Virus record (IMG/VR): IMGVR_UViG_3300013119_000728
Coordinates: 1 to 60,232 of that record
Direction: 5' to 3' (one strand)
Length of the DNA stretch: 60,232 bases
From: a virus
Lineage: Duplodnaviria > Caudoviricetes
Part shown: piece by piece, positions 37,981-48,595 of the stretch
How the letters are laid out: each line of letters starts with the position of its first letter
Numbering within the stretch: position 1 is the stretch's first letter
Position numbers and translations under genes: made by a program
The notes under the pieces: model-generated
Database searches by the model: none
What the model saw: the letters and a program-made list of their open reading frames with translations, nothing else
What the model was told of the DNA's origin: nothing

Positions 37981-38009
37981 GCTTTCTTTCCTTTCTTATC
38001 GAGGTGTGA

Positions 38010-38420
38010 ATGAGCTTTACTAAGCGCAAGCTATTGATCGAACTTGAATATATGAATCGAGGATTGATTCCGCGTAATGTCAAGTCAACAGATGTAACTT
38101 CCGACTGGACACCCACCGCACTAAAAACATATCACCGAAAATTCCGCAAGGTATTTAGAAGAGCTCTCAAATGGGAGTCGAAGAACCTGATATCTGTTGT
38201 GTCAAGAGGCCGAGCTAACCCTAAAGAAATCATACGAAAATATCTCGACGAAAACTACTATGCTAGCTGGTCCTATCCCACAAGCGAAAAAGGTCACAAG
38301 GCAGCGTCCCGTCGGTACATGATGGCTTCCCGACGACGATTGGTACATCGTTACATCTGCTGGCTAGTTGATTGCAAACAAACGAACCTGATGAAGAAGA
38401 AGTCAAATCCTTCTTATTAG
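38010..38420 (+). CDS. basic hypothetical protein
   Basis: GAGG RBS, 136 aa. Confidence 0.55.
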   Translation: MSFTKRKLLIELEYMNRGLIPRNVKSTDVTSDWTPTALKTYHRKFRKVFRRALKWESKNLISVVSRGRANPKEIIRKYLDENYYASWSYPTSEKGHKAASRRYMMASRRRLVHRYICWLVDCKQTNLMKKKSNPSY

Positions 38421-39041
38421 ACCTTCAAGATAATCTTGACCCAGTACTTTATGTGCTTCAACATGACAATCTACACATAAAAGAATCCCATTATCAACAT
38501 CAAACCGCATGCTAGGAAATTGCTTTTTTGGTTTGATGTGATGTGCATGAAGCTTGTCATTAGCAGCATTGCAATTTTCACATTTATAGTTTGCACGATC
38601 TCTTACTAAGAACCCCCATAGTTTTTCCTCTTTTCTTTCGTGCGGCAGATTTTTAAACTCTTCTGATTCCCATCTTCTCTTTTGACTTTTAGACATTGCT
38701 ATTTTTGTTTTATCGGAGTGCTTCTTTCCAAACATTCCGTTCTTTTTTCCGAGCTTGGCTTTTGATATATTTTTACACATTTCTTGTGAAAATTCTTTTC
38801 CAAGCCAGCAGCCTTTTCTTCCCATGTTCGATTTGCTTATTTTTCTCTTATGTTCTTCTGAAAGTTTTTTGCCCTTGTTTTTCTTAGACAGATTATCTCT
38901 TGTATCCTGATTTGACATTACTTTTTTCTGGCTACACGAGAGGCAATGAGAATTATTTTGATTGGCTCGTTTGACACTATGTTTGTTTGCATAGTGAAGC
39001 TCTTTGTTGCATCCTGGACATAATCTTGTGATAGTCTTCAT
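38403..39041 (-). mobile_element. HNH homing endonuclease with NUMOD3 repeats
   Basis: KGKKLSEEHKRKIS, MFGKKHSDKTK, CENC...HAHHIKP...DVDNGILLCVDCH. Confidence 0.88.
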
Positions 39042-39127
39042 GTTTGATTATACCAAAATGTGTTGTAAATTTAAACTACAATTGAGTATTATTACTTGTT
39101 ATCATCTTGCATAGCAGAAGGAGAGGC

Positions 39128-39643
39128 ATGAGATGGGCGCAGACATCCACGGGTTTCTGGGAAGTGAAGCAACCATCTGGAAAGTGGGTTGCTTTCCGTG
39201 ATATCCCAACCAACCGAGACTACACGTGGTTCCGCATTATTGCAGGTGTCAGAGGTTACGGAGACAATACGTTTCATCACCACCGCGGCATGCCAGCGGA
39301 TTCGTCTGATTGCTGGAAGGACTACGTTGGAAATGATGATCTCCACTCGCACACATGGCTAACCCCGGATGAGGTACTAGATTGCTTTGAGGAATGGCTA
39401 GAAGCTGTCAAACGCGATTATAATGAGTTGCCAGATGATGCCCCGAAATCTCGATCAAAGATGTGTGTCTTCCCGGAGGAGCCCATTAAACGCCTCCTCT
39501 TCAGGTATTTCTGGGATGACACAGTCGGCCAGTGGGGTGATCGTGCTTACAAATCAATTCCGTGGGTAGGCACATTAAAAGACCTGATAGGGGATCAAGA
39601 TTTTGAACAGTCAGTCCGCATGGTGATTGCGTTTGATAGCTAG
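39128..39643 (+). CDS. phage hypothetical protein (MGxDIH-type family; N-terminus out of frame)
   Basis: RDYTWF..IAGVRG, RGMPAD, HSHTWLT, RMVIAFDS. Confidence 0.7.
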   Translation: MRWAQTSTGFWEVKQPSGKWVAFRDIPTNRDYTWFRIIAGVRGYGDNTFHHHRGMPADSSDCWKDYVGNDDLHSHTWLTPDEVLDCFEEWLEAVKRDYNELPDDAPKSRSKMCVFPEEPIKRLLFRYFWDDTVGQWGDRAYKSIPWVGTLKDLIGDQDFEQSVRMVIAFDS

Positions 39644-39851
39644 ATGACCAAGAAGAAATTCAAAGAGGGCGACCTCATTACGATGGAATCCAAGTGGCTA
39701 CCAAAGTCGGGTGTCATTATATCATTTGCCCACTATGCTCCACTAGCAAGGGCTCACGCGCAAGGAAACAGAACACCCTGCTGGAATGTCTTGTGTGACA
39801 CCGGAAACAAGTTTATAGTCGGAGAAGCATATATGAGATTGGTGCAGAGAA

Positions 39852-40217
39852 ATGAAACAATTAATTAGTCTAGCATTGCTATTATGCGCATGCCCTGAAG
39901 AAGTAGCACATGTGACACCAGATCAATCATATTCAGGTCAATGGCTGCAGCTTGATCAATACTTCCCGGAGAGCTGCTTCATTCTTGACGAGGATACAAA
40001 AACGGTATGGGTATTTGACGATGGGGATGAAGAACAAGAACACAAGGATGATTGGCTTTGGGAGTTCAACCAGCAAGATCGCTATACATTTGATGACAGC
40101 ATCGATCTATACGTAGCTGAGACTGAGAATGACTGCTGGCGAATGTCTATCTGGGGAGTCGATGTCAATGCATGCCCGTGCTCATATGCAATCCCTCCGC
40201 AACCACCCGAAGAATAA
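39852..40217 (+). CDS. putative lipoprotein
   Basis: LLLCAC lipobox-like signal. Confidence 0.5.
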   Translation: MKQLISLALLLCACPEEVAHVTPDQSYSGQWLQLDQYFPESCFILDEDTKTVWVFDDGDEEQEHKDDWLWEFNQQDRYTFDDSIDLYVAETENDCWRMSIWGVDVNACPCSYAIPPQPPEE

Positions 40218-40267
40218 GATAAATCTCACGAATAAATATATTTATAACGTAAGCTTGGATAGACTAT

Positions 40268-41608
40268 ATGAACCACAGCAGAATACTTGAAGTAGCTGAG
40301 CAAATTGTTCTCTTGCAAGAGGGCGGCAATGCCAAAGCAATTGATATCGAGACTGGAGAAGTAAAGCAATTCAATGGCCGGCCGGCCAATGCTGAGCAGA
40401 TTCCATTGCGCAAGATTGACATTGCAAAGTTCACTGCTACATTCCGCAAACTCTTCTTCAGGCTTGATGATATGTTCATGTCACGGTTTGATCGTGGCCT
40501 CTGGCCAGAACGTAAGGCTTTCGAAGACGGCATGAATTCTGGTTCGTGGTTCTCGGGCTCGTCATCTGTAATGTTCGACCCGAAGGTAAAAGGTAAAGAC
40601 ATATCTGACGTCAAAGAAGAAGCAGGCGACATTGACGTTCAAATGCCACTCACCAACATTCCCGACCTGTTTGTATTCCTTCACGAGATTGAAGGGCAAG
40701 AGATCCTGCCGGGAGTCACATACATCGGAAACAATGACAAGACCGCTCAGGCAGCAGCCGATCAGATTCATGGAGTCTTTGCTTATGACGCAGGGTTAGA
40801 AAATCCAATCTTCGTCCAGATTGATTTTGAAGGCGTTGATTTTGAGGATGACCAACCAGAGGAGTTCGTCCAGTTTGGCCGATCGTCATCATTCTCAGAT
40901 ATGAAGCAGGGCCTAAAAGGTGTTGCGCACAAGTTCTTGCTCATGAACCTTGCTCGTGCATCGTCACAGCGCCCAGGAATGAAGGTTGCAAAGGGCTCTG
41001 CGACAATTGAAAAGCTATCACAAAACCTCGAGAAGCAACTATCAAAATCAAAGAAGTATAAAAGCCCATCAACATTGGCATTCTCAGTTCGCAAAGGAAT
41101 GAGAGACAAGTTTGAAAAGTTTGCCACAATCGGTGAAGAAGAGATCTATAAGGCACTGACATCGGCAAACTCAACATACACAACCGCAGTGGCTGCCATC
41201 TTTGAGAGATTCTTCGGCAAGCAACCAACTGAACAAGAATTTGATATGTTCTGGTCGTATACAGGCGCACTTAAGCTCATTAATGATATCCTCGGCCCGC
41301 AGGTATTAAAAGATACAATGAAGCTCATGATCGACAAGAGCTTGTATGGCCCATTCGAATCACAGATGCTATACAACAACGACCGTGAACGTGACGAGAA
41401 GACAAAGATGCGCATGATTACTGCTGCTGTAGAACTATTTCCGCATCTAAGTGAGGTTGTTGCTGACCTCGATGAGAAGAAAGAAGCATATTATGACAGA
41501 AAGATTGAGAAGGATGAGCCCGAAGAAGAGCTCAAGACATTCGAACCTGTAGCAGAATCCACCCAGCTTCTCCGCAAGCTCATAAAAGAAATGATAATCA
41601 ACCGATAG
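40268..41608 (+). CDS. nucleotidyltransferase-fold protein with C-terminal tag
   Basis: FSGSS...GDIDV...VQIDFE; ends VAESTQLLRKLIKEMII; ATATTTAT at 40238. Confidence 0.65.
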   Translation: MNHSRILEVAEQIVLLQEGGNAKAIDIETGEVKQFNGRPANAEQIPLRKIDIAKFTATFRKLFFRLDDMFMSRFDRGLWPERKAFEDGMNSGSWFSGSSSVMFDPKVKGKDISDVKEEAGDIDVQMPLTNIPDLFVFLHEIEGQEILPGVTYIGNNDKTAQAAADQIHGVFAYDAGLENPIFVQIDFEGVDFEDDQPEEFVQFGRSSSFSDMKQGLKGVAHKFLLMNLARASSQRPGMKVAKGSATIEKLSQNLEKQLSKSKKYKSPSTLAFSVRKGMRDKFEKFATIGEEEIYKALTSANSTYTTAVAAIFERFFGKQPTEQEFDMFWSYTGALKLINDILGPQVLKDTMKLMIDKSLYGPFESQMLYNNDRERDEKTKMRMITAAVELFPHLSEVVADLDEKKEAYYDRKIEKDEPEEELKTFEPVAESTQLLRKLIKEMIINR

Positions 41609-41658
41609 TTGTGTAAACCGAATATGCATGCTGTATAATATGCATGAGGAAAAGCGCA

Positions 41659-42171
41659 ATGAAGTTCGACAATCCAGCAAGAGTGTTCTTTGTCAGTGAC
41701 ACACATTTCTTTCATAAGAACATAATCAAATATTGCCACCGACCATTTGCAGATGCAGATGAGATGAATCAGCACATGATCGACCAATGGAACTCAACCG
41801 TCGCCCCGGATGATATCGTGATCCACGTCGGAGATGTGTTCATGGGTAGGTTCGATAGCATTCTCAAGTCTGGACTGATCAAATCACTCAACGGCCAGAA
41901 GATCCTAATCAAAGGAAATCACGACAGATCCTCAGGTTATATGAAGCAGCTTGGCTTCGATGAGGTTTACAAGTCAGTCATCCTCGATCTGCCCAATGGT
42001 AAGACAGCACTGCTCAAGCACATCCCGCAAGATGACCTCGAAGGTTGCGACTATCAATTTCACGGTCACACTCATTCACGGCTAAGAATGGTAGGCCAGC
42101 ACGTGAACTTCACAGTCGAAGCATGGGATTACAAACCTGTCTCGCTGCAAGATGTGATGGAGTTTATTTAG
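41659..42171 (+). CDS. metallophosphoesterase
   Basis: SDTHFFH, HVGD, KGNHD, HGHTH. Confidence 0.9.
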   Translation: MKFDNPARVFFVSDTHFFHKNIIKYCHRPFADADEMNQHMIDQWNSTVAPDDIVIHVGDVFMGRFDSILKSGLIKSLNGQKILIKGNHDRSSGYMKQLGFDEVYKSVILDLPNGKTALLKHIPQDDLEGCDYQFHGHTHSRLRMVGQHVNFTVEAWDYKPVSLQDVMEFI

Positions 42172-42414
42172 ATTATGGCTCCCGGAGATCTGATTCAAGT
42201 ATTGTCTCGCCCTTTATTGCTTATGCGCAAAGGCACGATTCTAAAAGTGATCGGATCCGATGATCGCTATTCTAAAGTTAAGATAATGTGGCACGAGCAT
42301 GATGAAATGCCAACCGAGATATCAACTCACATGGCATCGATGATTGCCTCACACTGCACGATCTTGTGCAAAACCGAGAAGTTATAACTATAATAGTTTA
42401 GACAAGGAGATAAT

Positions 42415-42726
42415 ATGTCATACACAATCTACAAGCAAAGATACGAAGACCTATACTACAGCTCCGGCAAGAAGAAAGACCGCCGCAAGGAAAGCCGCGA
42501 GTATCTAAAGCAACTCAACGTTCAGGTAGGTGACAAGTTTACCAAGATGTTTCGAGGCAAGTACCAGCAAGCCGCAATCGGCGAGATCATGATAATTCAG
42601 GATTCATTTGAACACGGTGTCAAGATCAAAGTTAACTGGACCACACTCTCAGGCCGCCACCGATATCCGTCGTGGATGTCAATTCTATCTCTAAAGCCGA
42701 CGATGCTTGGCAGAGATTCTGTGTAG
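42415..42726 (+). CDS. early hypothetical protein
   Basis: Promoter 42366-42394, AAGGAG RBS. Confidence 0.6.
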   Translation: MSYTIYKQRYEDLYYSSGKKKDRRKESREYLKQLNVQVGDKFTKMFRGKYQQAAIGEIMIIQDSFEHGVKIKVNWTTLSGRHRYPSWMSILSLKPTMLGRDSV

Positions 42727-42791
42727 ATCCTCGAGTAACAACGAGTGCAAATCGCAGGGAGCACCTTATAATAAAACATAAGGAAAACAAG

Positions 42792-43109
42792 ATGATCAAT
42801 AACACTGGTCTACTCAAGACGATCGAAAATGTAATGTATGCTGGAACTATGGGCGGAACTTATATGTTCGACATTGACAACATTGATTTGCGAGATTATA
42901 AAGGCCTCAGATCCCAAATCAAAGAGAATCTCAAACCAAACATTGACGCCCTATCCGAGATGGACGACGAAATGTGTGCCTCACTTGGAACTCTGCTGGC
43001 AAAGAACTGCAATCAGACTTACAGTTGGGACATGAATGGCTACGAAAACGATACAGAAGAGGTTCGCAATATGATTATTGACCTCGATGAAGCTTGTGAC
43101 TTTGTGTAA
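42792..43109 (+). CDS. early acidic hypothetical protein
   Basis: Promoter 42745-42772, start moved to ATG 42792. Confidence 0.6.
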   Translation: MINNTGLLKTIENVMYAGTMGGTYMFDIDNIDLRDYKGLRSQIKENLKPNIDALSEMDDEMCASLGTLLAKNCNQTYSWDMNGYENDTEEVRNMIIDLDEACDFV

Positions 43110-43600
43110 AACCCACAGAGCTCTTTGCTAACGCATTGATTTGTGCAAACAAATTATAATGCGGTATAATAAAAACATAAATCCAAACTAACAAGGAGAA
43201 ATTAAATGGATACGCAATATCACATCGATAAAATCCTAAATGCTACCGGCGTCAACGCTGCATTGGCATGGCATGCATTTTCAACCGAAGCAAGCGACGC
43301 CCACTCGGTAATTATTGAAGTTCACCACGTTGTCTCTGCACACCTTAAGCGTGAGTTGAAGGCTGCCCAAAAAACTAAACCGATCGTATTGTGGATTAGT
43401 GACGATGGAAAAAAGAGGGTTGATGGATATCCCATGGGAAATAATAAAATCGGGTTAACTGTTAAGACATGGCCCGCGGCATGGGACAGAACAGATGCAC
43501 TGCACCTCCTAGGAGGTGCAGCAGGTTCCAGCGATGTTGTCAAAACTTCGGAAATTTCTGCATGGATCGATGCTAATGTGTAAAACCCACAGAGCTCTTT
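43103..43600 (+). repeat. 24-bp direct repeat TGTGTAAAACCCACAGAGCTCTTT flanking one gene cassette
   Basis: Exact copies at 43103-43126 and 43577-43600. Confidence 0.9.
43206..43583 (+). CDS. early hypothetical protein inside the direct repeats
   Basis: Own promoter 43143-43170 and AAGGAG RBS. Confidence 0.65.
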   Translation: MDTQYHIDKILNATGVNAALAWHAFSTEASDAHSVIIEVHHVVSAHLKRELKAAQKTKPIVLWISDDGKKRVDGYPMGNNKIGLTVKTWPAAWDRTDALHLLGGAAGSSDVVKTSEISAWIDANV

Positions 43601-43643
43601 ATAATAAAAGCACAATCCTAACAATCACCCCCAAGGAGGAACA

Positions 43644-44690
43644 ATGGATTTCAAAACCTTTAATCTCGTAACCCAGGCTTTGCCTAAAGAGATTGCTGTA
43701 CTCACTCGAGGCCCACACGGTATCGGTAAGTCCCAAGCGGTTCGCCAGCTGGCCGATCACTTTGACATGCCCATGATCGATCTCCGGCTCGGCCAAACCA
43801 CCGAAGGCGACCTGATCGGCATCCTGGATGATGATGACACTGTCGTTAACGGCTTCAAGTCGGTGGCATTCCGTCGACCGAAGTGGTTGTTGGGTTGTGT
43901 TGAAACGCCTACGCTCATTCACTTCGACGAGATCAACCGTGGCTCTCCGGAGGTTTTGCAAGCTGTATTCCAGCTCATCCTCGATCGTGAGATCTGGGGT
44001 TTGAAGATCCACCCGGACTGCCGAATCTTTGCATCAATCAATGCATCAGCTGAATATCAGGTGAACGAGATGGATCCGGCTCTCCGAGATCGCTTCTTCA
44101 TCGTGGATCTTGAGCCTACCACCGAGGACTGGTTGGACTGGGCAGCAGGAAAGATCGACTCTGGTTTGATCGACTTCGTCCGGCAGAATCCGCAGCATCT
44201 CGAATGCAAAGAGAATGTTGAGGCAGATCGAATCACTCCTTCTCGTCGATCTTGGGAACGTGTCAATCATGCTCTCACTAATGCGGGGGTTGTTGATAAG
44301 CCTACTGATCAACTCTTCTACCCGCTCTGCATGGGCTTGATCGGTCCGGAGGCTTCGATCGCTCTCACCGAGTTCATCAAGAAGTATGACCGCCAGATCT
44401 CGGCCGAGGACATCCTAGATAAATGGAGCATGAAGGTCAAGAAGAAGGTAAAGGAAGCACCGCAGGAGCAACTCAACGGTGTGGTCGAGAAGGTTTGCGA
44501 TCACGCAGACAAGGGTGAGTGGAACCAGAAGCAGGTTGATAATGCCTTCAAGTTCATGAAGGTGCTTCCCGGCGAACTGGTTATCGCATTCTGGACCAAG
44601 ATCACTGATCGGAACTTCAAGAACGCGCAGAAGCTTCACAAGCAATGCTCTCAGCTTCTACTCGAGGTGATTGGTGAGACGAATGCCTGA
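43644..44690 (+). CDS. MoxR-like AAA+ ATPase
   Basis: GPHGIGKS, HFDEINR, ASIN, MDPALRDRF, SRRSW. Confidence 0.9.
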   Translation: MDFKTFNLVTQALPKEIAVLTRGPHGIGKSQAVRQLADHFDMPMIDLRLGQTTEGDLIGILDDDDTVVNGFKSVAFRRPKWLLGCVETPTLIHFDEINRGSPEVLQAVFQLILDREIWGLKIHPDCRIFASINASAEYQVNEMDPALRDRFFIVDLEPTTEDWLDWAAGKIDSGLIDFVRQNPQHLECKENVEADRITPSRRSWERVNHALTNAGVVDKPTDQLFYPLCMGLIGPEASIALTEFIKKYDRQISAEDILDKWSMKVKKKVKEAPQEQLNGVVEKVCDHADKGEWNQKQVDNAFKFMKVLPGELVIAFWTKITDRNFKNAQKLHKQCSQLLLEVIGETNA

Positions 44691-45242
44691 TTCAATTAAG
44701 GCAGGTGGCGAGGCCGGGGCAAAAGCTCCGGTCTCTCCGTTTGTGCCTGGGGATCTGGTTGAAGAAAAATCCACAGGCAAACAAGGCACGATCACTCGAA
44801 CGCCATCAAACTACTATTCAGAGGTTCATATGGATGGCATTAGGAGAATGATTCCCAACGAATGGTTGGTTGTGTGCAACTTATTAGAAGACCCAGTATA
44901 ATAAGCACAGGAGGAGCGATGAACATCGGAGACATGATCAAGCCGCGTCGAACACTCGAGCTTTTCAACGGAAAGCTCTATCCCTACTATAGTGCCGAAG
45001 GCACCGATTTTGAAATTTGCAATGCGAAAACGGGAGAAACTTATTCTGCCGCAATGATTATCGGACAAGAACGGGTTAAACGCCCATCGCGACGCAGGCG
45101 CGGCACTCCGACAATGTCAGTTTTGGTTCGGGTTTTGATCGCAGGGCAAAAGGTATTGATGTCAAAGAATGAATTAAATGCCCTGTTTGAAGCTGTGTAA
45201 GTTTCAAATGTATGTATACAATAAGGGCACAAGGAGAAAGTA

Positions 45243-46754
45243 ATGAGTAAAGACAAAGGCACTGCATCACTTCCAAAAGGCATTCAGGATCGCTTGAATG
45301 AGATCAGGAAGGATGCGAAAGCATATGCAAAGAAGGTTGAGGATGCGAAGGGATTTGAAATTGGTCCGCATCTGGTCTCCCTCATGTGGGATGAGCCTTT
45401 CTATTCTGCAGTGTCCCGCCGGATCACGAAGTCAAGAGTCCTTGACGTCCCGACCGCCGGAGTTTATGTTCAAGATGGTTCACCCACTCTGCTGTGGAAC
45501 CCGGTCTTCTTCAATGAGATGCCCAAAGAACATATCCGCGGAGTCCTAATCCACGAGTTCATGCATCTAGTCTATGATCACGTCACCTCCCGCCGTCGAG
45601 AGCCACACATGCTCTGGAATCTGGCTACCGATGCAGCGATCAACAGCATGATCCCCCGTAAAAACCTCCCCGACAATCTAGTCTTACCTGGAGAGAAAAA
45701 CGAACACGCCAAAGCTGACGACCCAATTTGGAATCTGATCGCTTCCTGGCCCAGAGAGAAATCATCTGACTGGTACATGAGCCAGCTGCTTAATGACGAC
45801 GACGTTCAAAAGCAACTACAGCAACAACAGCAATGCCCAGTGCACGGCGAAGATGCTGAGGATGACGATGACAACAGCAATGGCAGCCAGGCCTCGCCAG
45901 ACAGTGATGGCGATGATTCCGATGACGGAGATGGTGGCAACCAAGACGGCGAATCCGGAGATGATGGCGATCAACCTGGTGATGGCCACGGCCACGGCAA
46001 TAGTGACAAGGAATGCTCTTGCTCACACGGCAGCCCCGGATCTGGCATGGGCGATCACGAAGGATGGGGCGACATGTCCGATGCTGAACGTGAGCTGGTT
46101 AATGGCAAGATCCGCGAGATCCTCCGAGATGCTGTGAAAGAAGCAGACTCCCGCAATGGCTGGGGATCTGTCCCGTCCAACATGCGCGAAGAGCTCCGGC
46201 AAATGGTGTCAAACCAAGTCGACTGGAAAGCAATTCTCCGGCAGACAATCGGTCTTGCCCTAAGCTCCACCAAAACCTCCACCCGCAAAAAGCGGAATCG
46301 CAAATATAAATTCATCCATCCCGGCATCAAGCGGAAGCGTCAAGCCCGGGTATTCTGTGCGGTTGATGGATCCGGATCGGTCGGCAACGAAGACATTGAG
46401 CTTCTCTTCGGCGAACTCTCCGGCCTCGCAAAGCGAGTGGATATCGACGTCGGATTCTTCGACACCCGCATTGATGAGGAGTCAATCTTTACCTGGAAGC
46501 GAGGAACTCGAGTTGCCCCAACCCGACCTGTTTGCGGCGGCACAGACTTCAACGCACCCACTGAGTTTATCAACAAGCAGGTCAAAGGCCGCTACGATCT
46601 ATTGGTTATCTTGACCGACGGAGAAGCACCCGCCCCAATTCCCTGCAATGTCCGCAGAGCCTGGGTGATCTGCCCTGACCGGAAGCTGATGTTCGAGACC
46701 AAAGAAACTGTAATTCAAATGGATCGGAAAGATGAGAAAAAGAATGTTGCATGA
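45243..46754 (+). CDS. DUF2201-type HExxH plus vWA domain protein
   Basis: HEFMH, WNLATDAAIN, acidic linker, VDGSGS, GGTDF, LTDG. Confidence 0.88.
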   Translation: MSKDKGTASLPKGIQDRLNEIRKDAKAYAKKVEDAKGFEIGPHLVSLMWDEPFYSAVSRRITKSRVLDVPTAGVYVQDGSPTLLWNPVFFNEMPKEHIRGVLIHEFMHLVYDHVTSRRREPHMLWNLATDAAINSMIPRKNLPDNLVLPGEKNEHAKADDPIWNLIASWPREKSSDWYMSQLLNDDDVQKQLQQQQQCPVHGEDAEDDDDNSNGSQASPDSDGDDSDDGDGGNQDGESGDDGDQPGDGHGHGNSDKECSCSHGSPGSGMGDHEGWGDMSDAERELVNGKIREILRDAVKEADSRNGWGSVPSNMREELRQMVSNQVDWKAILRQTIGLALSSTKTSTRKKRNRKYKFIHPGIKRKRQARVFCAVDGSGSVGNEDIELLFGELSGLAKRVDIDVGFFDTRIDEESIFTWKRGTRVAPTRPVCGGTDFNAPTEFINKQVKGRYDLLVILTDGEAPAPIPCNVRRAWVICPDRKLMFETKETVIQMDRKDEKKNVA

Positions 46755-47406
46755 TATGAAAGATGTGGCAGTGAACGTCACGACCATTGCAGCCACAGCC
46801 TTGATTAGCGTCGCATTCCTCGGCGCAATCGGATTGATCGTAACCCGCGAAGCTTACCTAGACTGGAGAAATAAATGATTGCTGAATACACAATGAACTT
46901 TGCCCTGATTGTCGCCTTTCTTATGGGGTGCACAGGCTTTATCGCATGCGCACTCTTTGGGTGGCCGGAGACAAAAGATGATTCAAATGACGCTTAACAC
47001 ACTAATAATCGGCCTTGTCTTATGGCTAGTTGTCTCAATTCTGGTAATTGTATATCGTGCTTATAAGCAGACCCAGCTATCTGATAGAGTTAATCAAATG
47101 ATTTATATTAAATCGATGCGTGAAAGTAGTTCAACTTCCAGTCTTGTCTCAAAAGCATCGCAACGCTCAATTGATATTATGACACTGGAAAAGATGGATT
47201 ATGCTGCACGAACTGAGGCACTTGTATATTCATGGACTCTTCTTCGATTCTTTTCCAGCACACGCAAGAAGCCGCATGACCCTCTGGTACGCCTTAATAG
47301 CGACTATAGGAAAGAAATTGAATCACGTCTCAACAAACTCAAATAAAAAGTGCAAATCGTCTAGGTTGCCCTAGAATAATATCAACAACTTATAAAGGAA
47401 ACTTAT

Positions 47407-48270
47407 ATGCCAAAATTTGAAATCGCCGATCGGATCAAGATCGATCGTAAAGAGTTGTTCGAAGGGGAAGAGACCGACTTTACCCCTTGGCTTTCACAGA
47501 ATCTGCATCGACTTCATGATGTGCTTGGCTTTGAGCTTGAGCTGGTGGATGTTGAGGCACGTGCTGGGTCGCGAGAGTGCGATATTCTCGCACGGGATCC
47601 CAACACTGGGGAGCTGGTCGCCATCGAGAATCAATACGGCAAGTCTGATCCCTCGCATGCCTGGCGGTTGCTGGAGTACTGGACGTTGCTTGACTGTACC
47701 AAGTGCATCCTGGTCGCTGAGTCTATTCATGACGGCACCCTGGCAACCTATCGGAAGCTTAACTCACTGGGAATGCAATGCTTTCTGGTTGAATTCTCAT
47801 GCTTCCGTACTGGAGATGAGATGTCCGTCGACTTTGATGTGAAGTTGCAGCCGTCTGAGTTTGAATGTGCCGGAGAAAAGAAGAAGGCCGCGATTCGCAA
47901 GAATTCTACTCGTCCGAAGTTCGATCTGACTCTCGATAACGATATGATTGCTGGGACTACGGCAGGTTCGATCGTCAAGAATACTGCGATTCTCCTGTCC
48001 CGAAACACCGAGACGGCTGACATTGTTAACACACTCAAAAACCTCAGTATCGAGGTGGGCTCTCGCGAGCTGCCCTTCGCTATCAGTGAATCAGATCGCA
48101 AGTGCTATGATACGCGGGGAGGTAAAAACATTTACACTGCTGCTCAAACTATTAACGGACAAAGCTTGGCGTTTCTGAATGCATTTGGTTATAATAATGC
48201 TGATCGCTTGGTGTCTATTCTTCGAGCAGATTTGAGCTCAATTTGTAACTTTGATATCGTGAAGGTGTAA
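47407..48270 (+). CDS. PD-(D/E)xK endonuclease-like protein (NucS/DUF91-like N-terminus)
   Basis: ETDFTPWL, CDILARD, VAIENQYG. Confidence 0.7.
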   Translation: MPKFEIADRIKIDRKELFEGEETDFTPWLSQNLHRLHDVLGFELELVDVEARAGSRECDILARDPNTGELVAIENQYGKSDPSHAWRLLEYWTLLDCTKCILVAESIHDGTLATYRKLNSLGMQCFLVEFSCFRTGDEMSVDFDVKLQPSEFECAGEKKKAAIRKNSTRPKFDLTLDNDMIAGTTAGSIVKNTAILLSRNTETADIVNTLKNLSIEVGSRELPFAISESDRKCYDTRGGKNIYTAAQTINGQSLAFLNAFGYNNADRLVSILRADLSSICNFDIVKV

Positions 48271-48595
48271 TATATGAATGCGAAAAGAGGAAGCCTATAA
48301 TGGGACGTCAATATCCGGCAGCACTTGGAATTCGAGATTATAAAAAACTAATGGAGCAATCTGGCGAAACTCTGTCATGCCCATGGGATCGTCCCTGGGG
48401 ATCTGCCAGTGCTAGCACACCTTGGCATGTATATCAAGTTGGATGTTACGGGGGTGAAAAGCCCCATCGCATCTGGTCAATGAAGACGAGGCAGTCTGCA
48501 TACAATCAGGCAAAGGATGTTATCATGACATGGCGAAAGTCCGGGGGATACGCGATGGTTTTCAACTACCTAACCAATGAAACATTCACAGTCAA

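Noticed and set aside
43599-44645. Long minus-strand ORFs opposite the AAA ATPase, and similar ones opposite other genes
   Set aside because: Antisense shadows of well-supported plus-strand genes, with no RBS, promoter or motifs.
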